From NCBI GenBank assembly GCA_051047955.1, contig JBPGPT010000018.1, forward strand, positions 248,001 to 312,000: a DNA stretch of 64,000 nucleotides, given 5' to 3'. The stretch comes from Cystobasidiomycetes sp. EMM_F5 (lineage: Eukaryota). The position numbers and the translations under genes were made by a program. The notes beneath the pieces are model-generated. The model did not search any database, had not been told where the DNA came from, and worked only from the letters and a program-made list of their open reading frames with translations. Each line of letters opens with the position of its first letter. Within the stretch, counting starts at the first letter, position 1. Below, in pieces: positions 37,861 to 50,669 of the stretch.

Positions 37861-38489
37861 ATATACACGGACGACCGGATGGACGGACGGGCACGACGTG
37901 TATTTCTGTATCGATTACTTACTTTTTCTGCACGATTTTCGCGAGCCTAGGCGTCCTTTATATGCTGGAATCGCTTTTCTTCTGCTTACTGTCGTTACTT
38001 CTGCTCTTGATACTTGCTGCGGAAGGGCACACGAATACTGACTGACAAATGTTTCAAGCTGATTATTATCTCGGTTCAGAAAGTGCGGTGGACTGACACC
38101 TTACAAAAACTCCATCATTTCAGGCTCCCGATTGAGCAGTCTCTTCCTACGTTATACATGCTTAACTTACAGGCGACGTAAGACTTGGACAACTTGAATA
38201 TGTTTTCGCATCGTTGGTGCACCTTTTTGCCACCTACCGGTCGGCTGGACGACCATTCGGCGCACAATCTACAGCGACAATCTATATCCATGCTTCTGCG
38301 CTGTTGCCTGCTCCTTTTGTAGCCAATGCACAATAATTGAGAACACCCGCTGGACGGATCTCTCTACATATCGTTTCTGTAAGTCTCCGCAAGTACTGCG
38401 ATACTCGCTCACTCTGCTGATACATGCTTTGTGATTATAGAACTTTGCGCTGTACTTTACTTTACGACTGCTTACATCTCCACTCTATT

Positions 38490-39476
38490 ATGGCCCTTCG
38501 TCTGCTGGATCGGACCTACCTGCCACACATTATCCGCGGAAAAGGCGCCGGAACTGCCTTACCGTCCTATCGGTCTATGCAAGCAGAGGCTAGTGCCATC
38601 AATACAGATTCAGCTCGTCCAGCGTCAACAATCAGTTCATCAACGTCGTCTAGCCTGCCCATTTACGCCGTTGCTACGGCTTCTGCGTACCACGAGACTC
38701 GAATCATCTTAAGTAGGAATGGCGCTTTACCTTCTGTTCCGAACCATTGGGTTGCATGGGTGAGGCTTTCTTCAACGTCTTGTTCAAAATTGGTTTGCAC
38801 GCACTGAGGTTTCCGGATGACTCTATCACCAGTCCTCTATGGTAGACTTTTCCGAGAAACTGGATCGTATTCGCAGTATATTCCAGACGTACTATTGGAG
38901 TATCTATGTCAGGCTATACCTTGTCGCGGCGACGCTCGTATCAGTCGTCACTGTGAGCTGTGCTTTCATTGCGGATGGGAAAGGTGGAGACGCTGACGAG
39001 TCAATAAAGCCATGGCCAGTTATTGTAGTTGCCCGTCGGCATATTCTGACACGCGATGACCTGGCTATACAAGATGCAATGAACCGGAACATCACGCTGG
39101 AACAGACTGATTTCAGGTATAGTCGCAGCTTTCTTTGTAAAAGCGAGTGTTGATGCTGACTATCTATGGCTACAGATCAAGCGACCTGCTTCTAGCGCTC
39201 GCTGCATCTTTCGGTATTCTGACTGCGATATGGACAATCAGCTGGATCCCGCTCGCCATCATCAGGTATCGAGCTCGAAAGCAACTAAAACAGATCATAT
39301 CGACATATTCCGATGGCCCCGTGCTGTGGAGTATCGCAACGATCGGAACTTGGTCTGGGCGAGCTACTTTCATCGCGAAGTTGCCTTGGAAGGCTGTCGA
39401 GCTGTCGGTCGCTAGTGGACTGGCATGCAAGACGCACAATACCAAAGCTCCACCGGGCTACAGAATGGTAGCGTAG
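38490..39476 (+). CDS. Hypothetical protein with two predicted transmembrane helices (about 4 exons)
   Basis: ORFs 38424-38807, 38839-39153 and 39147-39476 are linked by GT-AG introns. Hydrophobic segments IYVRLYLVAATLVSVVT|PWPVIVVA and LLLALAASFGILTAIWTISWIPLAII. Confidence 0.6.
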
Positions 39477-39753
39477 ATTCGAAACATCTCCTACCGTATC
39501 ATGTAGAGCAGAGATGCACAATAAGAGCTGGTCTCGCTTAGCCTTGTGCTGGATGTGACAGGCGCTTGGCCGCAGGCTGATCCGTCTCATCGTCATCTGC
39601 TACGTGCTGCATAGACCATCGAGAAACGGAGACTTCCGGCCGTTCTGTTATCTGACCCTTCTAGCGTGTTTTGCGCTTGCATTACTCGCCCGACAGGTAG
39701 CAACAGCACACCCTTATGCATTCTGCTCTGCTTCTTTCACACGCTGCAGGATC

Positions 39754-39881
39754 TGTCTGACAAAAGCACGTCCGATCTACATTGTCTGACAACACTCGCT
39801 TACGTCTTCTGTGTTGCAAGCCAGACCTTCGCTTCTATGCTGTCTGACAAGCCAGACCTTCGCTTCCATGTTGTCTGACAA
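39754..39881. repeat. Degenerate ~30-bp-period array with four copies of TGTCTGACAA
   Basis: TGTCTGACAA at 39754, 39783, 39841 and 39872, plus a near-perfect 31-bp direct repeat at 39817-39847 and 39848-39878. Confidence 0.85.
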
Positions 39882-40450
39882 CCTCGGCTAATAGTTCTTG
39901 CATTCTTCTCTTTTCTTGCTATGCCTGTTGCTTCTGCACCGCCTGTTGGTGTGGTGCCGTACCGTCATGTGCTGATTAGATATCAGCCGTGGGCAATCGT
40001 GCCAGCAGGCGGTCACATTAGGAGCGGTATAGCCATTTCATCCGGCATGCTCTACGACATGTCTTGACGGGTGGATGCACGTCAATAATGACGATACCGT
40101 CACTGGAATTATCAGAGATGAGTAAGCAGCCGTTCAGTATAAAGTAATGAGAAAATTTGAGGAGTTTTAATCAATTCGTATTCTCTGTCTGCCGCTTAGT
40201 GCTCTGAAAGAAGGAATGTACTTGTAAGTCGAAGGCACGGGACGGACGAAACAACACTGACGACAGAGAGAAAGGAGGACGGGAAGACACACAGACGTCC
40301 AATTGGCAGGTTCATCGCGTCCTTCACATGTCACCTTTGTTTACTACTTCTGCTAGTCGGTCGTAGGTAATGGAAGAGGATCCCTCATTCATTCTAGGCC
40401 CGGGCGCAAAAGACAAGAGAGTTCTCCAACCATAACTGCACGCAACATAA

Positions 40451-41032
40451 ATGCAGCAGGTGAATGTCTGGCTGCACGCTCAAAGTTGCAGAGCAGCCGG
40501 ACAAAGTCAACGAACCGGCTGCGGAACCGAACCAAAAGTGTACGCATGCAACAGGGACGCGGAGATCGTCAAGTTGATCGAACTCATGGCTAAGTCTGTC
40601 GAGTGTATCACACCTGCCGGATGGATCTACAACGAGGCCGATGGTGTGGCCACTCCGAAAATTCTGAATGCCGTGCCAGAACTGCCTGGAGGATGAAGAA
40701 GATGACTGCTCAGGCCCCCAGACCGCTTCCAAGACTTTATATAAATTCAAATGCAAGCAATGCCAAAAAAATGGGAAACAATGCTCGTACAGCATGGATG
40801 AGCGCTGTGTTTCATTCAATGTCCAATTTGGCTGACCAAAATACTCATAGTGCTGTTTAAGCATACGCAAAATCCTGCAAGCGTCGAAAAAAACCTCATC
40901 GAGCAGTTTTTGCAAAATGTCACGTATATAGACGGCGAGAAGAGCATCTGGCAGCAGATTGAGCAAACAAAGCGCCCCAAGCCCATGGACGTCCATCGGC
41001 CCAGAGAATGGCCAAAGAACGACTCGCAGTGA
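40451..41032 (+). CDS. Hypothetical or frameshifted gene with an atypical six-cysteine Zn2Cys6-like motif
   Basis: 40674-40784 encodes CQNC-x7-C-x14-CKQC-x6-C. An intron at ~40807-40850 joins it in frame to ORF 40850-41032. The upstream ORF 40451-40696 is in a different frame. Confidence 0.45.
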
Positions 41033-41623
41033 TGAACTTCGATGATGTAGCACAGTACGGCAATAATCCATGGGGTACAACGAATGAGTCCAACACTTCA
41101 GTCAAGCCACAGGATCCGAGGCCACGACCAGCTGGACGCGAGCAACCGGCTCCAGTCGATACGTGTTTGGCGATTGCGACTCCGATGTGATGTCTTGACA
41201 ACAACCAGGTATTCCCGTAGCTACGACGAACCATCAGAGGTAAGGGAGAACTTTCTCTCACCATGTTGTCCGATTTGATGGCTGACATCGATGACAATGG
41301 ACTTGGCGTTTAGATAATCGGGGTGCTGCAGGACAAACTCAAGCAGCTTTGCACAATCTTCGGAGTTTGAGAAAGCTCAGGATGCTGCGATGTGGGTTTA
41401 CGCTTTCAGGAAGAAAGACGCAGTGTAGTATGGCTCTTTGTGCGTATCAGTATATATGTTGTGCAGTCCTTTAGGAAAGCAGCGGTCATACTGTAGGACA
41501 TGGACATGGTTGCCGACTTTGAGATTCACTCTCCGAGCTTTCGATTCAGTCTCTTGTCCTCTTGCTACTTTCTTGAGTTCCTTTCATCTACTTCAGCGCA
41601 CCTATTTACCTGGTATACTCGTC

Positions 41624-42541
41624 ATGCTTCAGCATTTCGAAACACAAGTCAACGGCGATGGTCTTCAGATTGTCACCTATGCCTTCAATCCACCCACATT
41701 ATCAGCCTCTCGTATCAAGGAAGGGTACTGCAGCTTCTCGTACTATGGCCACGACTACGCAGGCCTGGCCTCTGATGCTTCGGATTGGTGCATTGCTCAA
41801 GGTATCGATGGGGATTTACTCGCAGGGATATCGCCATTTCTGGACGACGCTCGCAGATTCTACTCTGTCCGCGGACTGGACTGCCTGTGGATGACTATCC
41901 GCGTCAACAGCTCTGGCGATGATGGATACGTCGTTCCGAGGCTACATCAGGATGGCTCCTACTGGGACAAGAGTCTTGACGGCGAGACTGGAGCTGTACA
42001 CAAAGTCGGAACATGCTTGCTCGGTCCTGGAACGCTGTTCTGGCGGTCTAAAGCTGGCGCAGAGACTGCCGCAGAAGACATCCTCAAAGCCAGATGGGTC
42101 GACAACGAGGGAATGCGGGAGAAGGTAAAAGCGGAGGGCTGGAATCGCGAAGACAAGGCGGACGAGCTCAAGCTCCGAGCGTGGCAAACTGAAGAACTGG
42201 AAAAGTTGCCTGGTATAGAACGCGTACAGCCGCTTCCTGGTCAACTGGCGATCTGGACAGTGGGAAACACTGAAGCTGCTGCGCTGCACTCGGAGCCTGA
42301 CATGGCCAACATGCCCAATGGGCGGATCTTGTGGGTCACGACTTCAATGGGTCAGAAGCTTATCTGCTGACAGTCGTTCTTTCTCGCTGTCAGCATTTCC
42401 ATTTTGCCGGGCACGGAAGCGCAGGTCCGCCAGCTGTGCGCAAGATGGGAGGTTGGCTTTACAGAGAAGATCAGTGATGCGGATGCCGTAAAGCTTGGAG
42501 GGAGAAGCTCACGTTTGCAGGCTGTGTTGGGCGTTATCTGA
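41624..42541 (+). CDS. Conserved hypothetical protein, putative non-heme Fe (2OG-oxygenase/DUF1826-like) fold (2 exons)
   Basis: Long ORF with VVPRLHQDG, KVGTCLLGPGTLF, AALHSEPDM and spliced GRIFISILPG, giving an HxD...H pattern and a distal RxF. Confidence 0.7.
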
Positions 42542-42735
42542 TAGCGGACGCGATCGAAGAAGTCGCTCGAACCGCTATGAAACGTCAAATGAAAGCTTTC
42601 TACCCATTGCTATGTGACATGAGACTATGCAATGCATCATGTGACGCGCAAGCCTGCTTGAGATTGAAGTGCCTTGACCATGTATCGACTTGAAAGTGTT
42701 GGCACCCGTTATCCTACAAACCAAATGACTGAAAC

Positions 42736-45700
42736 ATGGCGACGCTGAGTGCCGCCGGCGACGACGACGGTACAATGTCTGATAATGCACCACGGAGACC
42801 ATCGCACAGCAGCGGGAGCGGAGACTGGAGCTCGTCCAGTCTGCCCGTCGGGAGCAGCAGCTGGACGGCAACAACAGCTGCGACGTCGACGGAAGGCGAG
42901 AGCGGAACAGACTGCAGCAAGCGGAATGGCTGGATGGGAGCACCGCAGGAGGGATATACGTCTTCGTCGTCGGATTTGAACGATATTACTCACGGCAAAC
43001 GCGGTCACGATGGGCGGGAACAGCCTGCCAGGTCGATGTTTGCGTCAAAGAGGACCTTGATACCTTCTTCAAGTCATCTGGCGCCGTCTCTATCGCCTGT
43101 CGCATCGTCGTCATCAGCAATTTCTGGTTCAATTAATAGCAATAAACAGATTTCAGTGTCTCTGGTCAACAACACAAACGATGCTGGGTTCGTAGAAACA
43201 ACGTCCGCTAGAGCAGCCTGCGAGCTTGCAAAGTACTGGAACGACGTCAAGCGAAAGCAGGATCACTCGAGCGGCAAAGGAAAGGCCCGGGCGGCACAGA
43301 ATGATGATAACAACGATGCGAGCGACGAGGACAACGAGAACTACGTTGTGGTCGCGAGGATTGACAATGGCAAGCGGATATATCGCGTCAGGTAGGGTAC
43401 ATTATATTGTCGAAGTGGTGATCAGCTGATGGACCGTTCGTAACGCGCTTTTGTGTTCCATAACCTTCGCAGGCCCCGCTCGAGACCTCCGTCTGCACTA
43501 GCCAGCAGCATATTGGAAAAGGACAAAGCTGCACAAGATCACCTGAGAATATCCGCATCTTCAAAGCGTAATGGGTTTCTTCGCCCGGATGCGCTGTCCG
43601 TCAGGTTGACTCGCTCGATACCAAATCTCCGGGTGTCGTCAGCTTCAGAGGAGAGCTTGGCCGATTCGACACCATCGGTCATATACAGAGACGGTGACGG
43701 GTACTATCGGCCTTCTTCTGCGACTTCGTCAGCGCTCGGTGATATGATGCTCCAGCCTGTCGAATACCTTGGGCCGTCAAATCATAGCTCGACTAGCCTG
43801 AGCTCTTTCGATAGCTCACAAAAGCGACAGTCTACACTGTATGCTGCCTCCAGTATCACAGATCTTAGGTCATACGCAAGTCGCAACGGTAGCGATGCAG
43901 ACATATTCAGCAAATTGGTAAACTGGAGGAACGATCCCCATACTTCTCGAAGACGACCTGCGCATATGATGCCTCAGCAATCGTTTGTAACTGCGCATAC
44001 ACACATCAGTAGTGCCAGCACACAATTTGATCAAGATGAGCATGTTTATACGCCGGGAGCGAATACACCGGTCGGCTCCAGCTTCCCTTTCGCAAGCGAT
44101 ACGACGCCGAATGCAAGGAAGACCGGGCTACCGCAGTCTGCGACCACAGGTCAGCTCATATCGCCTTCGCGCAACACAGAGGAAGTGGATGTAAGCCCGT
44201 CAAACAATCGTCATGCTTCGCCTTTTGGCAAAGGTGTCCGTCTGCCTTCGTCTTCCCGGCTGCGAAGGAAACGGAAAAGTCTAGGAGACGCTGTAGAGTC
44301 ATCCCCAGAAGAAAGCAGGACGCCAGTACCCGTCTCAAAAGGCCTACCGATCGAGTCGCCGGATCAAGAACTGGAGAATGTGATGGCTGCAGCAGTATCA
44401 GCGAAGATCGTTCTGACAAACGAGCATCAAGCCGACATGATACTTGCCTTATCCGACGACGCTCCGCATCGATTGTTGCGAGAAACATCAAGTACCGAGA
44501 CGATTCGTGATTCTGCCAGGCTTTCTGACGACGTCACGATGCGCTTCAATGTACATTTAACAGAGCAGCATGCATTTGCTCTTGCAGATGGCCCTGTTTC
44601 CCACATTCCGGCGGTCGCAACAGACGAACCTGTCATTCCTGCGTGTCCCCTTGACACGCGCATATTTGACGTGTTTCAGTCTGTCGATGGCTTTGATCGG
44701 AAGCGTGGTAGCAGTAGTACCCGGAGTAGTCTTCATGTGGGTAACCTTGACGATAGCCGTCATCTGGTACGTGGCGTCTACTTTATCTCGGAGAGCCATG
44801 CGCTGACTGTTCTGCTGAAGCGGGGCATGAGTGTATCGTCTCTAGCTTCTGTATCCTCGGCACATTCAAGCTCATCCGCGACCTCTGCACAAGATAAGGC
44901 TCATGACATTACAGTCACGGCAGCACCGGGAGACGATCCTCGCTTCGTTATCTGGGGAATCAAGCGCATACCTGGCCTGGATGCACTACATCAAGAGCAG
45001 CAAAAGTCGAGACCATCCTCAAGCGAAGTCAAGGCGAGTCCTTCGGCTAGCGGTCTACTAGAAAGCCCGCCCGTCAACCCAGGCATGACAAGCAGACGAT
45101 GGAGTACGACAAAGCGGCAGTCAGTCTTACCAGATATCGCCAATCTAAATAATTCGAGTCCAATCTCTCCTGCGTCGGCGAAAGCTGCGGAATCGCAGCG
45201 AGTACTGATGGCTGCTACTATACACCGATGGGTTGCGGAAATGACCAGCAAGATTGAAAGCGATCTCATGACGGACTTTTTTCTCACTTATAGATGCTTT
45301 ATGACCTCGCTCGAACTGTGTCAGCTGCTCATCACTCGCTTCGAATGGGCTCTGGTGAACTGTGATACAGCAGAAGATCTCGCTGCTCGGCGTATAGTCC
45401 GCGTGCGAACCTATGTCGTTATAAGGCATTGGCTTCTGAACTACTTTCACGAGGATTTTGTACCAGATCGAGAACTCCGACTGGCGTTGACTGACTGGCT
45501 TAATCGCATGGGAAAAGACGAGCGCCTCCGGGCCAATTCTACCGATCTGCGGCTTGTCAAGAGCCTTAAAAAGGTCATCAAGAGGCTCAAAGCAGCGTAC
45601 TCTACAGTCGAAGTTACCAATGCGTCGAACGTTGCCGGCGCGAACGGTTTGACGCAACGCTCGCGTGCCAACACCATGTCCTCTATCGATTCCAGAGGAA

Positions 45701-48457
45701 TGTCGGGTAATAAGTCCGACGCAAAAGGAACCGCCATAGCGACACAGCCCGCAGAAAATGCCTTTCATAGCCAGCAGGACGATTCCGGTCGGCATTCGAG
45801 ACAGGCTACTTCATCTTCGGAGGACGATGTCGATTTGAACATCGATATCTATGCTACTAATCCGAACGGCTATGATTCCGATGAGCATCCTGCGATTCCA
45901 CGAATCATTCCAATATCTCCCCCTCGTCCGCAGCATACGTCACCACGAACCCGACTCCGGTCTCCAGGCAGCATGGATGTCGATCGGTCTTCTCGTTTTC
46001 TATCGACACTGCCAGCCGGACCAGACAACACAAACCGTTTCTCGAGATACCTTACCTCCACCGTCGGCTCGCTTGGCAAGCTTAAGAAGATTGTACGTAA
46101 CAGGACCGTGTCGCAGTCTGCTCAAACAGGCAGGCCCGAGCTTGTTCCTGGCGAAGGTGATCTCCTGTACAAGCGCGCCGAGCTGAATAGCTATCTCGAC
46201 AAGTGCGGCTTCGATCGATCTGCGCAGCTCGGACAACCTGCGGTCCGCATGTCGATGAGTGCGCAAGCGCTGAGCCTTTTATCCCAAGGCCAAGTTGCCG
46301 AAGCAACAACGACATATTCTGCTGTTGTTGACGAGCCATTACGACTTCTTCACCACATGAAGAGCAATCAGACTATAAGGAATCAGCGGTCTATCAGCTC
46401 GCTTCTGTCCAAGAAGCGGAGCGGACTCTCTGTCAAGGATGACAAACTTAAGAAGCAGGCTGTTGTTGCTACACTAGCGCCCGCAGCTGAGATCAGCAGA
46501 GGGGCGATGCAACTAGATGATGTCGACTCCTCCGACGAGTCGGATGAAGGTAGCAGGCCAAAAGTTGTCAAGACCCTGAGGCGCTTACCAGCTGGGCGAA
46601 ATTTGCGCACTGCCGCAACCTTGGCTCACTTGGACACTCAGCAGACTTCTCTGGCGCATCGGCATTCCATTGATACTATCTCATCCTACGCTACGCATCG
46701 AGCACCGTCCGCTGCATGGCAACCTATACGTATACCTTCTTTCGCGACGTACGACTCTAACTCGTCTGCTAACGATGCCGATGTGGACGATGCTGTCGCC
46801 ATCAATGGAGTCGTACCATTCTTCGTACCAATCACTGATAGCGATGATGAGGAGGCGGGTGACGTGGAAGCTGCATTGAGACGCCTCGAAGGGCAAGTTG
46901 ATAATGAGCGAGCGAAATCAAATGCTCGTCGGGTTGAAGCATACCTCTTGAAGTCGGCGGAAGCCAAAGCAAATGGCGGCATATTGGTAAGTCAGGCTGA
47001 GGACGACGAAGAGATGGACGACAACATGGACATCCCGCAACCGCCTGCTGCCACCCAGGACACCGTGGAGAAGCAGCTGTCTATAGTGCCAACCCACGGA
47101 CCTGACTATGCTCATGACGATAATACCCGACCTGCTACCGCCATAGAGGCTATCTCAGCACCGACACCCGCAATCAATATTCCAGTGCTTAATACACCAT
47201 CAGAATCGCTTTTGCCCGTTCCAGCGATCCAGGGCAAGCGAGTGCAGAGAAAGTCATCTGTCTACAAGCTTTTCCGGGGATCTAGAGCATCCACTTTCCT
47301 TCGCTCCGTCGCACCTGTAACACAGCCTGTGGCTCCCCCTGCGCCACCAGCTCATCGACCGTTCCTGCGCGAGTACAAGACCGATCTTCTGGCTAGGCAT
47401 TTTTGCATTATCGAACGCGACCTTTTGGATAAGGTCTCCTGGCAAGAGTTGATCAGCGGAGTTTGGAAGCAGAGGCTCGACTGGGGAGAATTGACGGATT
47501 GGGAAGCCTTCCTGAAGCAAAGAGCAAAGTACAATGCCAATATGCAGACTGAGGCGAATGCGGCAGGAATCTTCGGCTCAAAAGTCAAGAAAGCAGGTGA
47601 TGTCCATGCCATCATCCAGCGCTTCAATCTCATGTGCCACTGGATTGCTTCGGAGAGTGAGTTTACGAGAGCGTTCTGGCCGTAGTTTCATCGAGCTGAT
47701 TTGCTATCTATGTAGTCGTGTTGACCACGTCTACTACCGAAAGAGCACTGCTGATTGCGAAGATCATTCGATTGGCCTTTGTGAGCTGGCCTGCCGACAG
47801 CGTGCAGAGCTGTACTGATTACTTTGGCTGTAGAAATGCTACCGAATGTACAACTTCCAGACTTTGACGCAACTCATCCATGGCCTGCAGTCGCCTCATA
47901 TCGAGCGTCTTAAAAGAACATGGAGTCGCGTGCCAGCCTTTGAGATGCGTCTCTTCGGTCAGCTCAAATTCTTCTGTTCGCATCTCCGCAACTTCCGGCT
48001 GCTACGAGATGCAACGGAGAAGCTGATTTCGCAATGGGGTCCACCTGGTCAAGATGCGGACACGCATGAGCTAGAAGGCGCGCCTGGGGCCATACCTTTT
48101 TTTGGATTGATACTGCGCGATCTGGCCGTTACTGGCGAGTTGCCAACGTATCTGGACCCCTCTTCTCCTCGCGAGCCTGCAAACGTCTCGTCCGCCACCG
48201 TTCCGCTCCAGAATTATGCAGAGCCAATGACGTTCATTGGCCTGCCTGCCATCCCATCAGACATGCCACTACTGCCCCTCATCAACGTGCACAAGTATCG
48301 TGCGATGGCAGCCATTGTACAGAAGGTCATGACGTGCAAGGAGATGGCGAACCACTATCCGTACGAACCGGACTTGTTCGTCTATCGCAAGTGCCTGTCG
48401 CTGCACTGTCTGCCTACCCAGCTCATCGCACAGCTGTCGACTGTGTGCGAGAAGTAG
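42736..48457 (+). CDS. LTE1: Large RasGEF-domain protein, Lte1-like
   Basis: REM domain LMAATIHRWVAEMT..DFFLTYRCFM..LLITRFEWA..VRVRTYVVIRHWLLNYFHEDF. CDC25 domain LLARHFCIIERDLL..VSWQELI, RFNLMCHWIASE, NFQTLTQLIHGLQSPHIERLKRTW, IPFFGLILRDL and LINVHKYR. Confidence 0.82.
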
Positions 48458-48823
48458 GAGTCACACTTACTCATTTCACATCGTATACTGCAAGCTTCTT
48501 GTGTCTAGAGCATCGCAGTTTGCTCTCCCCTCTTGGCATCATTTTCCTCACCCTCGCTTTGGAATCTTGCAGCTCTTTAGCCAGCTCGTAGCTTATCCGA
48601 CACGGTGTAGACTGCTGTAATGCGAGGTAGTCTCTTGGTTAAAAAGTGGAGATTATGATGTTGCCGTTTGCCTGCAGACCAGACTTTTAATACGCGTCAC
48701 GTAAAAGACAAGTCCCTCTCCGCTCCGACCAGCAAAGGCGCAACAAGTACCAAACCTGAGGGGAGAGTCCTGCGGTAATCTGAGCATAGGCTGCGCTGAA
48801 TACTATCTGCCATCTCGAAAACC

Positions 48824-50669
48824 ATGGTCGGCGTCGTCATCAAACACGCTGGAAAGACGTATCCTTACGAACTCGACACGTCCAAGAGTGTCCCGCATCT
48901 GCGAGAAGAAGTCTACACGCTCACCAACGTCGTCCCGGCAAACCAAAAGATTCTAATCAAGGGCGTCCTCAAGGATGATGTCGATTTGAGCAAGCTGGCC
49001 ATAAAGAGCGTTAGTCGAGTCTTATCCAGAAAGGATGGATTATTGTACTGACTACGAGGTGCAGGGTCAACAAATAACTGTGCGAAACTGCTGGCCAGCT
49101 TGTGCGCCGATGGCATTGACTGATGTGCGTCTACAATCCAGTTGCTCGGAACAGCTGGCAGCGCGTCCAAGACAGTAGCGATACCGCAAACAAAGTTCAT
49201 CGAAGACATGGACGATAGCGAGCTCGCGCAAGCAGTAAGACCACATTGCCCCAATTACGGCGGTCGAGGCTGACGTACCATTCGGTTATGCAGCTGCGGA
49301 TACCAGCAGGCTTGCAGAACCTAGGTATGCGCCGTCAAATGCCCACAAGGCATCCATGTTGATGGTAATACTGGCAGGCAATACATGCTATATGAACAGC
49401 ACTGTGCAAGTTCTCGGGCAGATTCCAGAATTGCGGACTGCGCTTGCCAACTATGGCGAAGGTTTACAAAGCTTGCAGCCGGAAAAACGAGTAGCTGCAG
49501 CTTTGCGTGACTTGTACTCCGGAATGGACGCGTCATCATCCGACTATCCGCCCCTTCTCTTCTGGCAGGTAAGGCGGCATCCATCGTGCACTTTGTAGTG
49601 ACCGTGAATCTTACGCAATTCGCCATCAGCTACTGCGCCAATTCCGGCCGCAATTTGATCAACAGGACCACGGCCACTACGCACAGCAGGACGCCGAAGA
49701 ATGCTGGACCAGCATAGTCGCAGCGTTAAAAGACAGTCTGGGCAATAATTTCGTACAATCACATATGAGCGGGCGATTGTCTACAACGACAAAGAACGAT
49801 GAGACGACGGAAGAGGAACCGACGACGCGCGACGAGACATTCTTCAACTTGACGTGCAATATTACCGCAAATACAAACTATTTGGTCAATGGCCTCAGAG
49901 ACGGTTTCACGCAACAGATTGAGAAGAACTCGCCAGCGCTGGGCAGGAATGCGCGGTATACCAATACTTCTGCCATTTCAAGAGCTCCTGCATACCTCAC
50001 TGTGCACCTGAACAGATTTTTCTGGAGACCTGATATCAGGAGTAAGCTTTGTGACGAACAAACAAGCTGTGAACGTTCCTATCTTACGGGGCTATCCACA
50101 GAGAAAACAAAAGTAATGCGCAAAGTCAAGTTTCCCTTTGAACTTGACGCTACCGAAATCTTCAGTGACGAATTGAAAGCCAAAGTGCAGCCGGCCAACA
50201 GGAAATTGATGGAAGTGGAAAAGGATCGAGCGGAGCGTGCCAAAGTCGCAAAGCGGACCAGAGTGGATAAGAACGAAGAAGACACAGGGCCGGACGAAGC
50301 GGAGAAGAAGCAGCGTGCTCAAGAGGCTCAGCAGATTGAGGACCTCGTGGATCCGTCATTAAAAAGCGATGCGGGCGCGTCTACGACTGGCTTGTACGAA
50401 CTGGTCGGCATTGTCACGCATAAAGGTGCATCGGCAGATGGCGGACATTATATCGGATGGGGCAAAAATACAAACGAGGAGGACAGTTGGTTCAGTAAGC
50501 ACATCCCCGTGATATGCCATTACTGCATAAGGCTGACTCGTCCCGCCTGTCAACAGAATATGATGATGCCAAAGTCACGACTGTCAAGCAGGATGCTATC
50601 ACAGCGCTGGATGGCGGAGGTGAAGGGTCCATTGCGTACCTCCTACTCTATCGCACCAAGCAGTTTTGA
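48824..50669 (+). CDS. UBP6: Proteasome-associated ubiquitin C-terminal hydrolase (UBL + USP domain), multi-exon
   Basis: UBL domain VVIKHAGKTY..LTNVVPANQKILIKG, FIEDMDD, Cys box GLQNL|GNTCYMNS, QQDAEECW, His box IVTHKGASADGGHYIGW and LDGGGEGSIAYLLLYR. Confidence 0.95.

Noticed and set aside
36966..37868. 300-aa minus-strand ORF, and similar antisense ORFs over SPT6, APL1, SUT1 and LTE1
   Set aside because: These are shadows of well-supported genes on the opposite strand. This one starts in the ATC microsatellite and has no recognisable motifs.
39754..39881. CRISPR-like look of the repeat/spacer array
   Set aside because: The genome is eukaryotic, the repeat core is only 10-11 bp, two spacers are near-identical, and there are no cas genes.
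40394..41080. 228-aa minus-strand ORF
   Set aside because: The plus strand shows the six-Cys motif and a frame-consistent intron, so this ORF is more likely its antisense shadow, though that is not formally excluded.
42461..42475. ACAGAGAAGATCAG resembling the U6 snRNA ACAGAGA box
   Set aside because: It lies inside a coding exon, and the rest of U6 is absent.
44767..44820. Apparent hydrophobic insert in the LTE1 ORF (similar ones in the DLD2 and UBP6 ORFs)
   Set aside because: It has a GTACGT donor, a CTGAC branch site and an AG acceptor, so it is an ordinary stop-free, in-frame 54-nt intron.
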